A DNA stretch of 63,736 nt, filler included, from Halocafeteria seosinensis (Eukaryota), in the NCBI GenBank assembly GCA_001687465.1. It is 5 parts of 5 records of this genome, joined end to end, with 100 filler letters (N's around TTAATTAATTAA, not from the genome) between each part and the next. Parts side by side here need not be neighbours in the genome. Positions count along the whole stretch, not along the records: positions 27,573 to 47,500 come from LVLI01000082.1; 4 more parts are not named here. The stretch is one strand, 5' to 3'. The translations under genes were made by a program, and so were the position numbers. This document shows positions 34,452-44,558 of the stretch, piece by piece. The first letter of the stretch is position 1. Every line of letters starts with the position of its first letter. The notes below the pieces were generated by a model that saw nothing but the letters and a program-made list of their open reading frames with translations, did no database searches and had not been told where the DNA came from.

Positions 34452-36578
34452 TCACCGTAAACTGGATGTCGAGCTTTGTGAACCACTTGTTTTAGTCGAT
34501 GAAAGTCTCTTAGGTCGCTGTGCCGGTAGTGTTCTTCTCGTACTTAAAACACGCGGAGATTGGGACGGCGTAACCGTGGCTTCGGCCGAATGTGTAGAAG
34601 TAGGGGTTCGCGTCCTAGTCGGTGTGGGTGTGCTAGTTGTTGATACGGTTGGGGTACCAGTGGTTGATGCCGTTCCAGTTCTTGATGTTGTCGGTGTCAT
34701 GGTCGCCGTCCTCGAGGAACTTCTGGAGCTAGAGGGAGTTGGAGTGCCCGACGAAGAAGGCGTTTCCGTACCGGTGCTTGACGAAGAACTTGTCCTTGAT
34801 GAGGTAGGTGTTGACGACCCTGTAGTTGTCCCCGTTGGCGTTGGAGTGCTCGACGAAGAAGGCGTTTCCGTACCGGTGTTTGATGAAGAGCTTGTCCTTG
34901 ATGGTGTAGGTGTGGACGAGGCCGTAGTTGTCCCCGTCGGTGTCACGGAAGGAGTTGGACATGGTTTTTGGAAGCACAATATCGGGAGGGCATCGCTTCC
35001 ATTGAGCGCCCAAATTCCAGTAACCCACCGCTTCACTCCCTCGTAGTGATATAGCCTGCCTCTGATGTCTTCTAAGTTACCCGAATTGCCTGTTTGTTGC
35101 AGCCCGTTATCGGAAGTGTCGTCCCCCACCATATATTCCCCGTTGTACACTGAGTACTCCACCATTACACCTTTTGCTACAAACTCGTCTATGTGTCCGA
35201 TAAGGCCACCCGCATTGTTTCCACGGAGTGCAATACCGGCTGCGTAAGTATTTGTGATGTATACATCTCCATTGGGGGCATTCCAAGAACCGCCGGTGTC
35301 TGATCCTGTAATTCCTCCTGCTTGATTGCCACCAATATCGCCTTGAGTATAACAGTTTATGATATGTACTTCACCCCAATCGTGTGCTGTTCTACCCCCC
35401 GCAATCCCGCCACTCCGATCTCCAAGAATATTACCGGTAGAATACGATTCCGTTACAGACACATGGCCGCGCTCAATACCAGCTCCATATCCACATATAC
35501 CACCTGCACCCATACCTTCTATATTTCCAGTGGAGAAACATTGGGTGATAATAGCAGTTCCATGAACGTTTCCTACATTCTGCCCCGTAATACCACCTGC
35601 CCTAGTTCCTTTAATTATTCCCGTTGAATAGGAATCCGATATCTTAATTTGACCTCCATCGTTCCCACAATACTGTCCACATATACCACCAGCACGGGAA
35701 CCAGCAATATCTCCTGTTGAGCTACATGAATTTACGATGAAATACTTCTGGTGGCTTCGAATGATGAATCCCCCAGAAAAATGAACAATGCCGTTCTTGA
35801 CATGCACATTTTGAATCACAGGAGAATCACTGAACGATCTCATGCTACCATCATCCATTGCAAATAATCCAGCAAAGTCTTCAATACCTTCTAGGTCAAT
35901 TACGTTACCTTTTCCGCCATCGAAAGTCTCGTTAGCAGCAAGGGAAATGTGCGTCTCAGAGTGGTAGCCATGGTCTTGCCAATTGAGGTAACTGCAGTTC
36001 ATTTGGAATAAATTCATTTCAGAGAAATACCTAAAACAAGATTCTTTATCAGCCTGGATGCTGCTGCGTAAGTCACCTCCTCTGACTACTTGACTCGACA
36101 GTGCGAAAAGCAGATACACTAGGCCCAAATTGCCAACCGCAATTGCTCTTCGTGGAACCATGAATTTCTCCGCAGCCCTTCTTCGCAACGGCCGAACGCT
36201 GTGCTTGTAGTTGATCTGCTTCATCTGGGCTTCGTACCAGCGATGGTGTTTTCGCTGAGGTAATGCTTGCCGTGCGAGCAGTGCGACATTCCCGAGTAAC
36301 GCTAACAGCTGTACCAGTATGCCCAGTATGAGTACGCAGCTAGCAAAGATACCTGTGATGTGAAATATCTGTAGTAGATTTGCCTGCTCCGAGCCAAGTA
36401 GTTTATGTATGCTCCATATAGATGCCCTGAGTTCCACGAAGAGAGGTGATGACATCCAACAAGTGTCAAGAATCAAAAGAGCAGACAGCTGCAACCCCAG
36501 GTTTGCGCACATGCTGCAACCGTATCTCGTTCTACCTTCCCGTGGCTTTAACCATCCATCAACAGTAACTAATGACAA
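34452..36578 (-). CDS. Surface/secreted protein with GLUG-like Gly-rich repeats and mucin-like Thr/Ser/Pro stalk
   Basis: Repeated (C/S)xSTGxIxGxxAGGIxG units, hydrophobic N-terminal segments and a TPT/SSS-rich tail; true start uncertain. Confidence 0.75.
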   Translation of the reverse strand: MSLVTVDGWLKPREGRTRYGCSMCANLGLQLSALLILDTCWMSSPLFVELRASIWSIHKLLGSEQANLLQIFHITGIFASCVLILGILVQLLALLGNVALLARQALPQRKHHRWYEAQMKQINYKHSVRPLRRRAAEKFMVPRRAIAVGNLGLVYLLFALSSQVVRGGDLRSSIQADKESCFRYFSEMNLFQMNCSYLNWQDHGYHSETHISLAANETFDGGKGNVIDLEGIEDFAGLFAMDDGSMRSFSDSPVIQNVHVKNGIVHFSGGFIIRSHQKYFIVNSCSSTGDIAGSRAGGICGQYCGNDGGQIKISDSYSTGIIKGTRAGGITGQNVGNVHGTAIITQCFSTGNIEGMGAGGICGYGAGIERGHVSVTESYSTGNILGDRSGGIAGGRTAHDWGEVHIINCYTQGDIGGNQAGGITGSDTGGSWNAPNGDVYITNTYAAGIALRGNNAGGLIGHIDEFVAKGVMVEYSVYNGEYMVGDDTSDNGLQQTGNSGNLEDIRGRLYHYEGVKRWVTGIWALNGSDALPILCFQKPCPTPSVTPTGTTTASSTPTPSRTSSSSNTGTETPSSSSTPTPTGTTTGSSTPTSSRTSSSSSTGTETPSSSGTPTPSSSRSSSRTATMTPTTSRTGTASTTGTPTVSTTSTPTPTRTRTPTSTHSAEATVTPSQSPRVLSTRRTLPAQRPKRLSSTKTSGSQSSTSSLR

Positions 36579-38155
36579 GGCTCTTCTCCTTTTTATGAAT
36601 ATGCTATCCGCTTTTCCGAACTTGTAAAATGTGGTTTGTCCACGTTGGCTGAATGGGCCACTCCCAGTGTGCGAGATCCGCTCGGGTAGAAGTATACTGT
36701 ATACGAGTAGCAGGCTTCAGGACCCTTAAGCATCGAGGTGAGTATTGTACAGCAGGCGAAAGCTTTCTGCCAACCGAACAATCATCCGTAAAAAGAGCTT
36801 TATCAGTGCATCGACAAGTGCTTTAAGCTCCGCTCTAACAGTCGGTGTCTCCTCCCTTGCAGATAACACCGGACACCATGGGGAGAACTACCCAGACTAC
36901 CGTAGGAGCCTATAATTGACCCCCAAAAGAATATGACAGGTAGGCCAAAACAAGTCAAGTAAGCTAGGGCTGTCTTTGTTGGAATAGGAAGACGATTTCT
37001 ACCAAGGAATCCTGGGGAGGTGCGGTACTTGGGAACTTAAGCGCGGGCTAGGATGTTCTATTCTCCGCTGTCCGCTATCCACGCTGGCCCTGTTCGCGTC
37101 CGAGAGGATAACGTTGAAGTTGGCATCTTCCCGGGGAAGACCCAGAATATGGAAAGATATAGTGAAAGAAAACTTCGGTTTGATGGGTAATTTCCCCGGT
37201 AGGAACCTTTGCTGCTTTCGCTGTCAGTGTTGATCCGTCCGGAGAAAATAAAACGGAAGTGGGGATGGACGGTCTTGAAGTAGGTGCTGGAGGTCCCTCA
37301 TGCGTTCTGGAAGCCTTTTGGAAGGCCAAAGCGGTCGCCTACACCTAGAAGTAAGGAAAATGAATATACAACGCAATGAAATTGGAAGTGATTTTGACAT
37401 ACTAGCGCGTGATGCTCTATAGATACTCAAAACATGCGCGGAGAGGCGCGGACCGCGGATTCGCGGCGAACATCCTGGCGCAGGTGACCACACTCTTGAA
37501 CTTACGAGTCTCAGTGTGAGAACCCCGGTTATTTGTGAGCCCAGCGGTAAACAAAAACGAACGAACTTACGGAAGAATTTGAAAAATACAAAATAGTTGC
37601 CAGTCATGAATGACTGAGCCGGATAGATCATCTATCATACCAGCCACAGCGCAAAAGCCGGTTCGAAGTGGAAACTTGAGAAAATACGGTGAAGCTGTTG
37701 GAGCGATTCCTGGTACGGTTCACCCCAGACACGGCTCAGCGTAGCCTGCAGACTACACATCTTCCGGTAGGAGCAATACCAAAACACACCACCCACTGTG
37801 CTTCAGTCTGTGAAGCCCAAAAAGGTTCAAGCTTCATCTCCGTCACGGGAACTCTACCATGGTAGTACATGATGGTACCTATACTATGGAGCCTTTCACT
37901 CATCCTTAGGAGAATAGGTTACATGAAAAGTTTGCTTACTCAAATGAAACAAGTTAGTACATTTTTCTTCGGCAGAACTGAACTCAGTCAAAATCGCTCC
38001 ACTACTGAAGTTGGTGGTAAACGCTGGTAGATCCTGGGACAGCCGTTGGCCGAGAAGTACAACACAGGTGTATGGCACTGCATGCGGATTGTGATGATAG
38101 CAGTTCTACTTTTGGAATTCAAACGAGACGCCAATCATAGATCAGTCACCCAGCC

Positions 38156-39960
38156 ATGGCGGCCGCGAGTGCCATCAATGGGGAGAAAAACACGTCATTG
38201 AAGGAAGAGACCGAGCGGGACATTGCTCGTATCAGGACCGTCTTTAACACATACATATGTAAGGAACGAACGCGGAGTCATGTGAAGGGGGAATTGAAGG
38301 AAGCTCTGAAGGAAGAAGTGGAGAAGGGTCCCTTACGCCTAGACGTCTTCGGGAGTACCTCCGTCTCCCTGTTGGCGTTCGTGAAGGCGTTGATGACAAT
38401 GGAAAATGAAGATGTGGAGGCCGCAGCCGTCCTCGCGGATGCCTGTGCCCAGTATTGTGCTAATGATTCGCCAGTCTCCGAAAAGCCAAACGATGACCCT
38501 CAAAAAATTATATTTGATACTGCGCACGCAGAAGCCAGACTAGCTGGAAGTGTACTGCTCTTCCTTCAGCCGTCTTTAACGCATGCTCTTCAAGGCGGTT
38601 AGGCTCTCAGGAAATGCTACAACCAATTCTTCGACTGTCTTGAGCGTGCTCAGATAAAAGAGTCATTGATCAGAGAATGCGGATCTGTTCCAATCTCTTC
38701 AGACACGCTCCAGCAGTTTTATTCGCAGTGGGAGACAGGGAGTCCACTGATCGCGTTGCTGTTTTCCCCAACTTGCTCCCTCCCCAAAGCTATGCAGAAA
38801 TCAAGAAAACGATGCCTGTTTCCGTCGCTAGTAGTATTTTATTTGGGATGGGTGGATTCAACTTGTACTATCACTCCTCCCGCCGACAGTTAAGAAGGTG
38901 ATTAGCTTTTCCGGGTTTCAAGGTAGCCGCCGTTACGGGATTTCTTGTCTCCGCACCAGCTTCCTCTCGGGAGGTCTTCATGCTCCTTTGGCGCTTTGTG
39001 TGCTTGTCACTTATTATATCGGAACCTCTTTGTGGATTCGAGATCTTTCTCCAGAAATGATGGAAGAAGCGCGACTACTGCTGGAACTAGCGTTACACAT
39101 TTATCCTTCTAGTGTCCTGCTTCACTGGTTACAAGTAAGAATTAATGCATCATCATGTATTCTTATTATACCCCGAGAACTTTTCCTACTGTTATATGCA
39201 GGCACGCTGGTATAGAGTGTATAGGAATCCTCTTTCTGGGTATCGTGCATTGAGTAGGGTAGCTACACTGCAGCACATGCCTCTAGATCAGCGTTTGGAG
39301 GTTAACGATGTGCCCGGAACTCAAAACCCGACCGACGATGACTCTATCGGTTGGCGAGGGATGAAAAGCATCTGTTTGTACGAGCTGGGATGGGCGTCTT
39401 GTCTATTGGTAGAACAAGGGAGACAGAATCAACGTTTCTCGGAAGCAGCTCACTATTTCCACAGGCTGCGTCTATTGAGCATGTGGAGCATTTCGCTTTA
39501 CGCCTATTTGGCGGGATCGTGCTTTCTGGCTGCAGGGGAGATACGAAACGCTACAGCTCTTTTGAAGGAGGTGGAAAGTAACGTGCAGCAAAAGTCTGGA
39601 AGAGTTCCGCCAATTGAGCAATTGGCTAGGAGACGAGCCCGTCGGATTCTTCATTCTATAGAATCCAAGCACCTGGGCGACCAAGTAGAATTATACGGGG
39701 CAGACGGCATGTTACATACGGCAAATTTTACCTGTTTTTCTCCGGCCTTGGAGTTGATCTATCTTTGGAACGTTTTTCCCAAAGCCAGACGCTTTGTGAG
39801 TGGGCTAGCCAATATCTGCCAATCCCTCCGAGTCCACTAGCACTTCTTACCATTTGTCATATGGGCTGCGTCTGCACTATGAATAGACAGTAGCTTCCTT
39901 ACATCTGGCTGCGGAGCCCAGAAAATTCGGCTGAAGAACTTCGCATTATCGGGAATGTGG
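38156..39960 (+). CDS. TTC39/Iml2 family TPR protein (introns and frameshifts; 3' end disrupted)
   Basis: FSGFQGSRRYGISCL, GGLHAPLA, ICLYELGW, WSISLYAYLAGSC, PPIEQLARRRAR, PALELIYLWN. Confidence 0.75.
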
Positions 39961-41336
39961 AACATGTTTTTGTCCACAACTTCCATATGTTGTTTCAGAG
40001 ATCCATGAGCCTTCTTCTCCGCCGCTGTACAAAGTGATTTCTACGCTCGCTTCCATGCTTTGTTCTCGTTCGTTCGGGTAATGTTAATCATTGCTTCTTT
40101 GCCACAGTAAGCGATCTCTACCCCACGGGGCTGCTTCACTAGCTGATCAAACAGTCTGACCGTGCGCTGCGCGCTCCCTCGTACAGTATCAAATGCCTGT
40201 TTTCTTGTCCTCTGTAGTACCGACTCTGTCAGTGCTTGACCTGGGTGTAGGTAGTTCTTAAGCATCGCTGCAAAAGTTCGTGAGCACGCTGGAAGGAAGG
40301 TGGGCCATCAGTCACATCTTCGTCGTCGGGAGCGGTACTAGGGGATTAACGAGAGATGTGCAGAAAGTTGCCAGTTGTTTCGCCGTATAATAACAAGAAT
40401 TAGGCGGCCCTGCTCCATCATATTGATATTCCCCTGAAATTGCTGTTGCAGGAATGCTAACAGCAGTCACCTTCCACGGCACACACACAAATGTGACAGA
40501 TAGCCCACCGGCCGGGAAGTTGACCACATCCTCTTCCACGGCAGAGTAGGAAAAGCTGCATTTAGTAATGCCCAATACGGCGTACCGTATGGAGGGAGGC
40601 GTAGCGGCTGTAGCCTCGGCTAAGGGGTACTTACTATAGTTGAGGTTGAGTACACATAACTGTGACATAAGTATCTATGGAAGTTACATAACTTCGTTGA
40701 AACTGACCGCTGGAACGGCTCTTTCTGTCACTGTGGGAGAGTTTCAAAGTTTCACACCTTGAACCCTCCGAAGTTGTCCCAACGGCTCTCTCGAACCCCA
40801 CGAATGGGCCACGATGGGGAACATGATAGTTAGTGCTACCAAATGAAGGTTGAGGGTCAAAGAGAAAGACAGTCGCTCAACATAGTTTGTTAAGTACCCA
40901 TTGCGGGGATAAAATTACAGGTAAGGGATAACTTATAGCAGGAAAAACTGCTTTCAACAACACACCCTACAACGCTTTCTTCATCAACACAAATCACATT
41001 GAAGTACAATGAGAGTTTTTGTTGGATAAAAAACTCATGCCATACACATTTGTAAACACACACGAGTCATTCTATTACTAAGGCAATGGGTATGCATACC
41101 ACGCAGTTGAGGCTTGGCGATGGAAGGGGAAGAGCAGTCCTATGACTGTAAGTATTCCTCTCTGTGTTTTTCTTGCAGTTAGTTTAGATGAATGTTTGGT
41201 TTAATTTGTTTTTGTTGTATAGTTTCATCAGCCAGGGCTTTTCAAACGAACCTGAAGGTATCGTATGCGCTCAACGATCTTGCTGATGCCTTGTACGACA
41301 AGTACGATAGAGTCCAGGTCCAATCGATCGTCATGA

Positions 41337-42131
41337 GTGGTATACGCAGCGAACTCAGCCGTCTGCGAAGATAGGAAAAAAGGTGGTGCTCGAAATGTCG
41401 TTTCTTCAGAAGAAGCTGAGCAAAGGTGGGACCTGCGAATATTGAAACATCAGTTAAGCAAGCTTAAGTCATACTCTATCTGCCAAAATTTGGAGGACCA
41501 AGAAATGATCACACACTTCTCCAGTCAGTTAGATCAGATTGATGCCCAAGCAGAAGGCAACGTTGAAAACGACGATGACGACGAAGAAGACCGACATCCT
41601 GAGATTATGCGTCCTCCACATTTTGTTATCGGAACGATAAAGTGGCTTTGCTATTGCATGTCCGATAAATGTACTGAGGCCAAGTGGACAAAGCTGCAGT
41701 CCATAGTCAAGGATATCAGTGGTTATTTTGACCATTTGTCTTCCACTAAGCCAGTATTGCCATTGCCAGAGTCATCAGGCGATTCTAAAGGGGCGTTTAC
41801 CGCAGCATATACAGAACAAGGGTCAGCTGAACATAAAAGCGAAAACAAAGTTTCATATGGAGATACTGATGTGCATGGATTACTGAACAGTTTGCAGATA
41901 GCCNAAACTGGCAATGAGAAGTACAGCATTGCAAAGCAGTTGGTGGACACAAAATTGAAGCGGAACGAACAGTTCTCCGATGAAGAAGAAAAGCTCATCC
42001 CTTTAGAGGACGTGTTCTTCCTTGAAGATGTGTGGATAGAACGTCAACACCAGATTTACTGCAAGAAAATGGGGGTTGAAGGAGAGAATAATATGAGGAA
42101 AATATATCATAAGGGATACATTCACATATAA
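41337..42131 (+). CDS. Hypothetical host-like protein whose 3' end runs into the virophage hairpin
   Basis: 264-aa ORF with host-like GC; its last codons lie inside the palindrome arm. Confidence 0.4.
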   Translation: MVYAANSAVCEDRKKGGARNVVSSEEAEQRWDLRILKHQLSKLKSYSICQNLEDQEMITHFSSQLDQIDAQAEGNVENDDDDEEDRHPEIMRPPHFVIGTIKWLCYCMSDKCTEAKWTKLQSIVKDISGYFDHLSSTKPVLPLPESSGDSKGAFTAAYTEQGSAEHKSENKVSYGDTDVHGLLNSLQIAXTGNEKYSIAKQLVDTKLKRNEQFSDEEEKLIPLEDVFFLEDVWIERQHQIYCKKMGVEGENNMRKIYHKGYIHI

Positions 42132-42301
42132 CAGGGGATTATTCCCAAAATTTTATAGCAGGGGGTAAAACCCTAAATCCACAGGGAACCTACTACCTGA
42201 AGGTAGTAGTCCTATACATCTAGGGCTTAATCCTCTATAATAAAACTCAGGGGTTTATCCTCAATCATATGGGGATGTATCCTTTATGATACATTTTCCT
42301 C
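42095..42301. repeat. ~207-bp imperfect palindrome at the host/virophage junction
   Basis: Outer arms gaggaaaatatatcataagggatacat / atgtatcctttatgatacattttcctc (2 mismatches in 27 nt); core ctactacct-ga-aggtagtag at 42190-42209. Confidence 0.9.
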
Positions 42302-42394
42302 GTGGTTGTGAAAATTACACTTAAATTTACACTCAAAATTAACTTTTAAATTACACTCAAAATTTCATTTTTAAATAAGTAGCTTGAAAGCGAA

Positions 42395-42542
42395 GCGTGG
42401 TTATTGGCTTGTAGTCCGAAGCTACAATGACCGAGGACAGATGCTTTGAAAACCATCTGTAATACTTCAAACTCAAATAATTTTATTTCGCTGGTGCTTT
42501 GCGTGGTTATTGGCTTGTAGCCTGACGCTACAATGACCGAGG
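42395..42542. repeat. Two 42-bp direct repeats, each a stem-loop with a variable loop
   Basis: gcgtggttattggcttgtag-N7-ctacaatgaccgagg at 42395-42436 and 42501-42542. Confidence 0.92.
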
Positions 42543-42619
42543 CGTCATTGAGCGAGGCGTCATTGAGCGTCCTATTCTTATTATTATATTTTCTCTAAAT
42601 AGAAATTTTTATAATTAGT

Positions 42620-43168
42620 TTAGACTTGATACTTTTGACATTTCTTTGACTTTTGATGTTGTGCTTTTCCAGCTCTACAAACTAAACAACAACAATATTC
42701 ACATTCAATTTTTTCACTTAAATAATTTTTATTCTTTTCATGATATAGTTTAAGATATTGTTTTTTATGTTCTTTATTATTTTGATTGTATTGTTTTACA
42801 CGCTGTAATACATGATTCTTATTATCTTGATACCATTCTTTTTTAGTTCTGGACGGCATATCTTTATTATATTTTGGATTTAGATGTTCAAACCATTCTC
42901 TTTCACGGCGTTCAAGTTCTAATTTTGTGTTACAGGGGTAATATTCGATTAAAACCATCGTGAAGTTATTCCAACCACCGTTTTCTCTCATTAACCGATA
43001 ACAAGGATGATGATAGTGAAGATTATCAGTGTTTTCACATGCGTTCTTGTGTTGATTTTTTCTCTTTCTGAAATTGGTAGTGGAACCCACGTAATAAATT
43101 TCTGGTGTATCCAATGGAACGAGTTTATATATTAGACCGTTTTGATAGTTTGGATTATTTTTTGGCAT
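42620..43168 (-). CDS. GIY-YIG endonuclease with C-terminal zinc finger (giant-virus/virophage type)
   Basis: NYQNGLIYKL...YYVGSTTNFRKRKNQHK...LERRE...N; C-terminal CEYC...H...C; first ATG at 43168. Confidence 0.88.
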   Translation of the reverse strand: MPKNNPNYQNGLIYKLVPLDTPEIYYVGSTTNFRKRKNQHKNACENTDNLHYHHPCYRLMRENGGWNNFTMVLIEYYPCNTKLELERREREWFEHLNPKYNKDMPSRTKKEWYQDNKNHVLQRVKQYNQNNKEHKKQYLKLYHEKNKNYLSEKIECEYCCCLVCRAGKAQHQKSKKCQKYQV

Positions 43169-43206
43169 TGTAATATAATGTACTAAAATGTCTTTAAATA
43201 GAAAAA

Positions 43207-43214
43207 TCAATTTT
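43207..43214 (-). promoter_or_regulatory. AAAATTGA Mimiviridae-type early promoter motif
   Basis: Exact octamer 38 nt upstream of the GIY-YIG ATG. Confidence 0.6.
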
Positions 43215-43265
43215 GTGTTTTAAATAAATTATATTTATATTTTAATAAATATAAGTATAAAGATA

Positions 43266-44500
43266 ATGTCTAAAAATACTTTGTATACTAACGGGAACCA
43301 GATTAAAAAGAAAGTAAACGTTGACAACTCTGAAGAGGGTCCTAACCCGTCACACGTGTACATTAACTTCGAGATATTAAATCACGCAACTAGTGGTAGT
43401 AATCTTCCCCTTTGTAAGTTTAAGGAGAATAGCAATCAACCTATGATAAATGATCCGGCAAAATATCGGGGTGTTCCTTTGAGATTTACTCTCGATGGAG
43501 TCACAAAAAATCTTCCCTGTTTTCATTTTTTTACTACCACAAATAGTGTAACAGATGGTATTTATACAGTTACTTTAGAAGGAAACAAGGGAGGTAAAAC
43601 TTATACAGAACAAACAGCTGTTCAATTTCAACCACAAAGAACTAATATATCACAACCTAATGCTAGTGATATTGAAAGTGAATATTATCAGTGTTACACG
43701 ATACAGTGGGTGGAATCTTTATTTAATCAAGCATTAGAGACGTGTTTTAGTAATCTTTCAACTCAAATGAGTAATGATAATAACGCACCTAGTTCTAGTG
43801 TTCAAGCACCCTTTTTACAATATGATAGTCAAAGCGGTAAGTTTAGTCTTTATGCTCCCATAGATGGATTTGGAACGGTTAATCAATTGAGTCCGGAAAA
43901 TTATAAATTATATTTTAACGAAAACACTATAAATGTTTTTCTAATTTACCCTCAACTTTTAATGGTCTAAATAGTAATAATGGTAAAGATTACACCATGA
44001 TTTTTGATAGTAATCACAATCAAAATATAAAAGTAATTGATACTGATCCAACAGCGGGTAATACCACTAATAAATCATTTTATCAAATGACACAAGAAAC
44101 ATCTTCGCTAGGGAATTACTGGTCACCTGTAGAATCAATAGTTATTGTATCAAATTCAGGAATAAAGTTACAGCCTTCCATAGAAACACCGCCTTTAGAA
44201 TATGGAGACAATAGTTATGGTAATCTTAATAGTAGAAACCAAGATCATTCAGAGAACATTTTAACTGAGTTTTCCATTGATAAAGATAACCCGTTAGATT
44301 GGCAACAAAACTTAGTATACGCACCCACAAGATACCGTTATTTTGATATAAGTGAATCATCAACTCATCCATTGAGAAATTTAGAATTAGAATTTAAGTA
44401 CAGAGATAGATTTTCAGGAAGACTTAAGGATTTATTCCTACCTTATCAAGCCACAGCTCATCTTTCGCTTCTATTTCAGAGAAAAGATGTTAATCAATAA
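43266..44500 (+). CDS. Virophage minor capsid (penton) protein, split by a 1-nt frameshift near 43935
   Basis: HVYINFEILN, PMINDPAKY..LRFTLD..LP, WSPVESIVIVS, ILTEF, LVYAPTRYRYFD, LSLLFQRK; adding one T to gtttttcta joins both ORFs. Confidence 0.85.
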
Positions 44501-44558
44501 GTTAAGAATTAAGGTTTTTGATATTACTTTTTTCCAAAAAGTAATATAGAGAAAAAGG

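Noticed and set aside
36800..37900. Possible retroelement remnant
   Set aside because: Short ORFs with no RT, integrase or gag motif
42395..42542. Self-cleaving ribozyme in the twin stem-loops
   Set aside because: No hammerhead CUGANGA/GAAA core or other recognisable catalytic consensus by eye; an Infernal search is needed
43266..44500. Two separate genes or a programmed frameshift in the penton
   Set aside because: One base in a T-run joins them, and similar slips occur throughout the window
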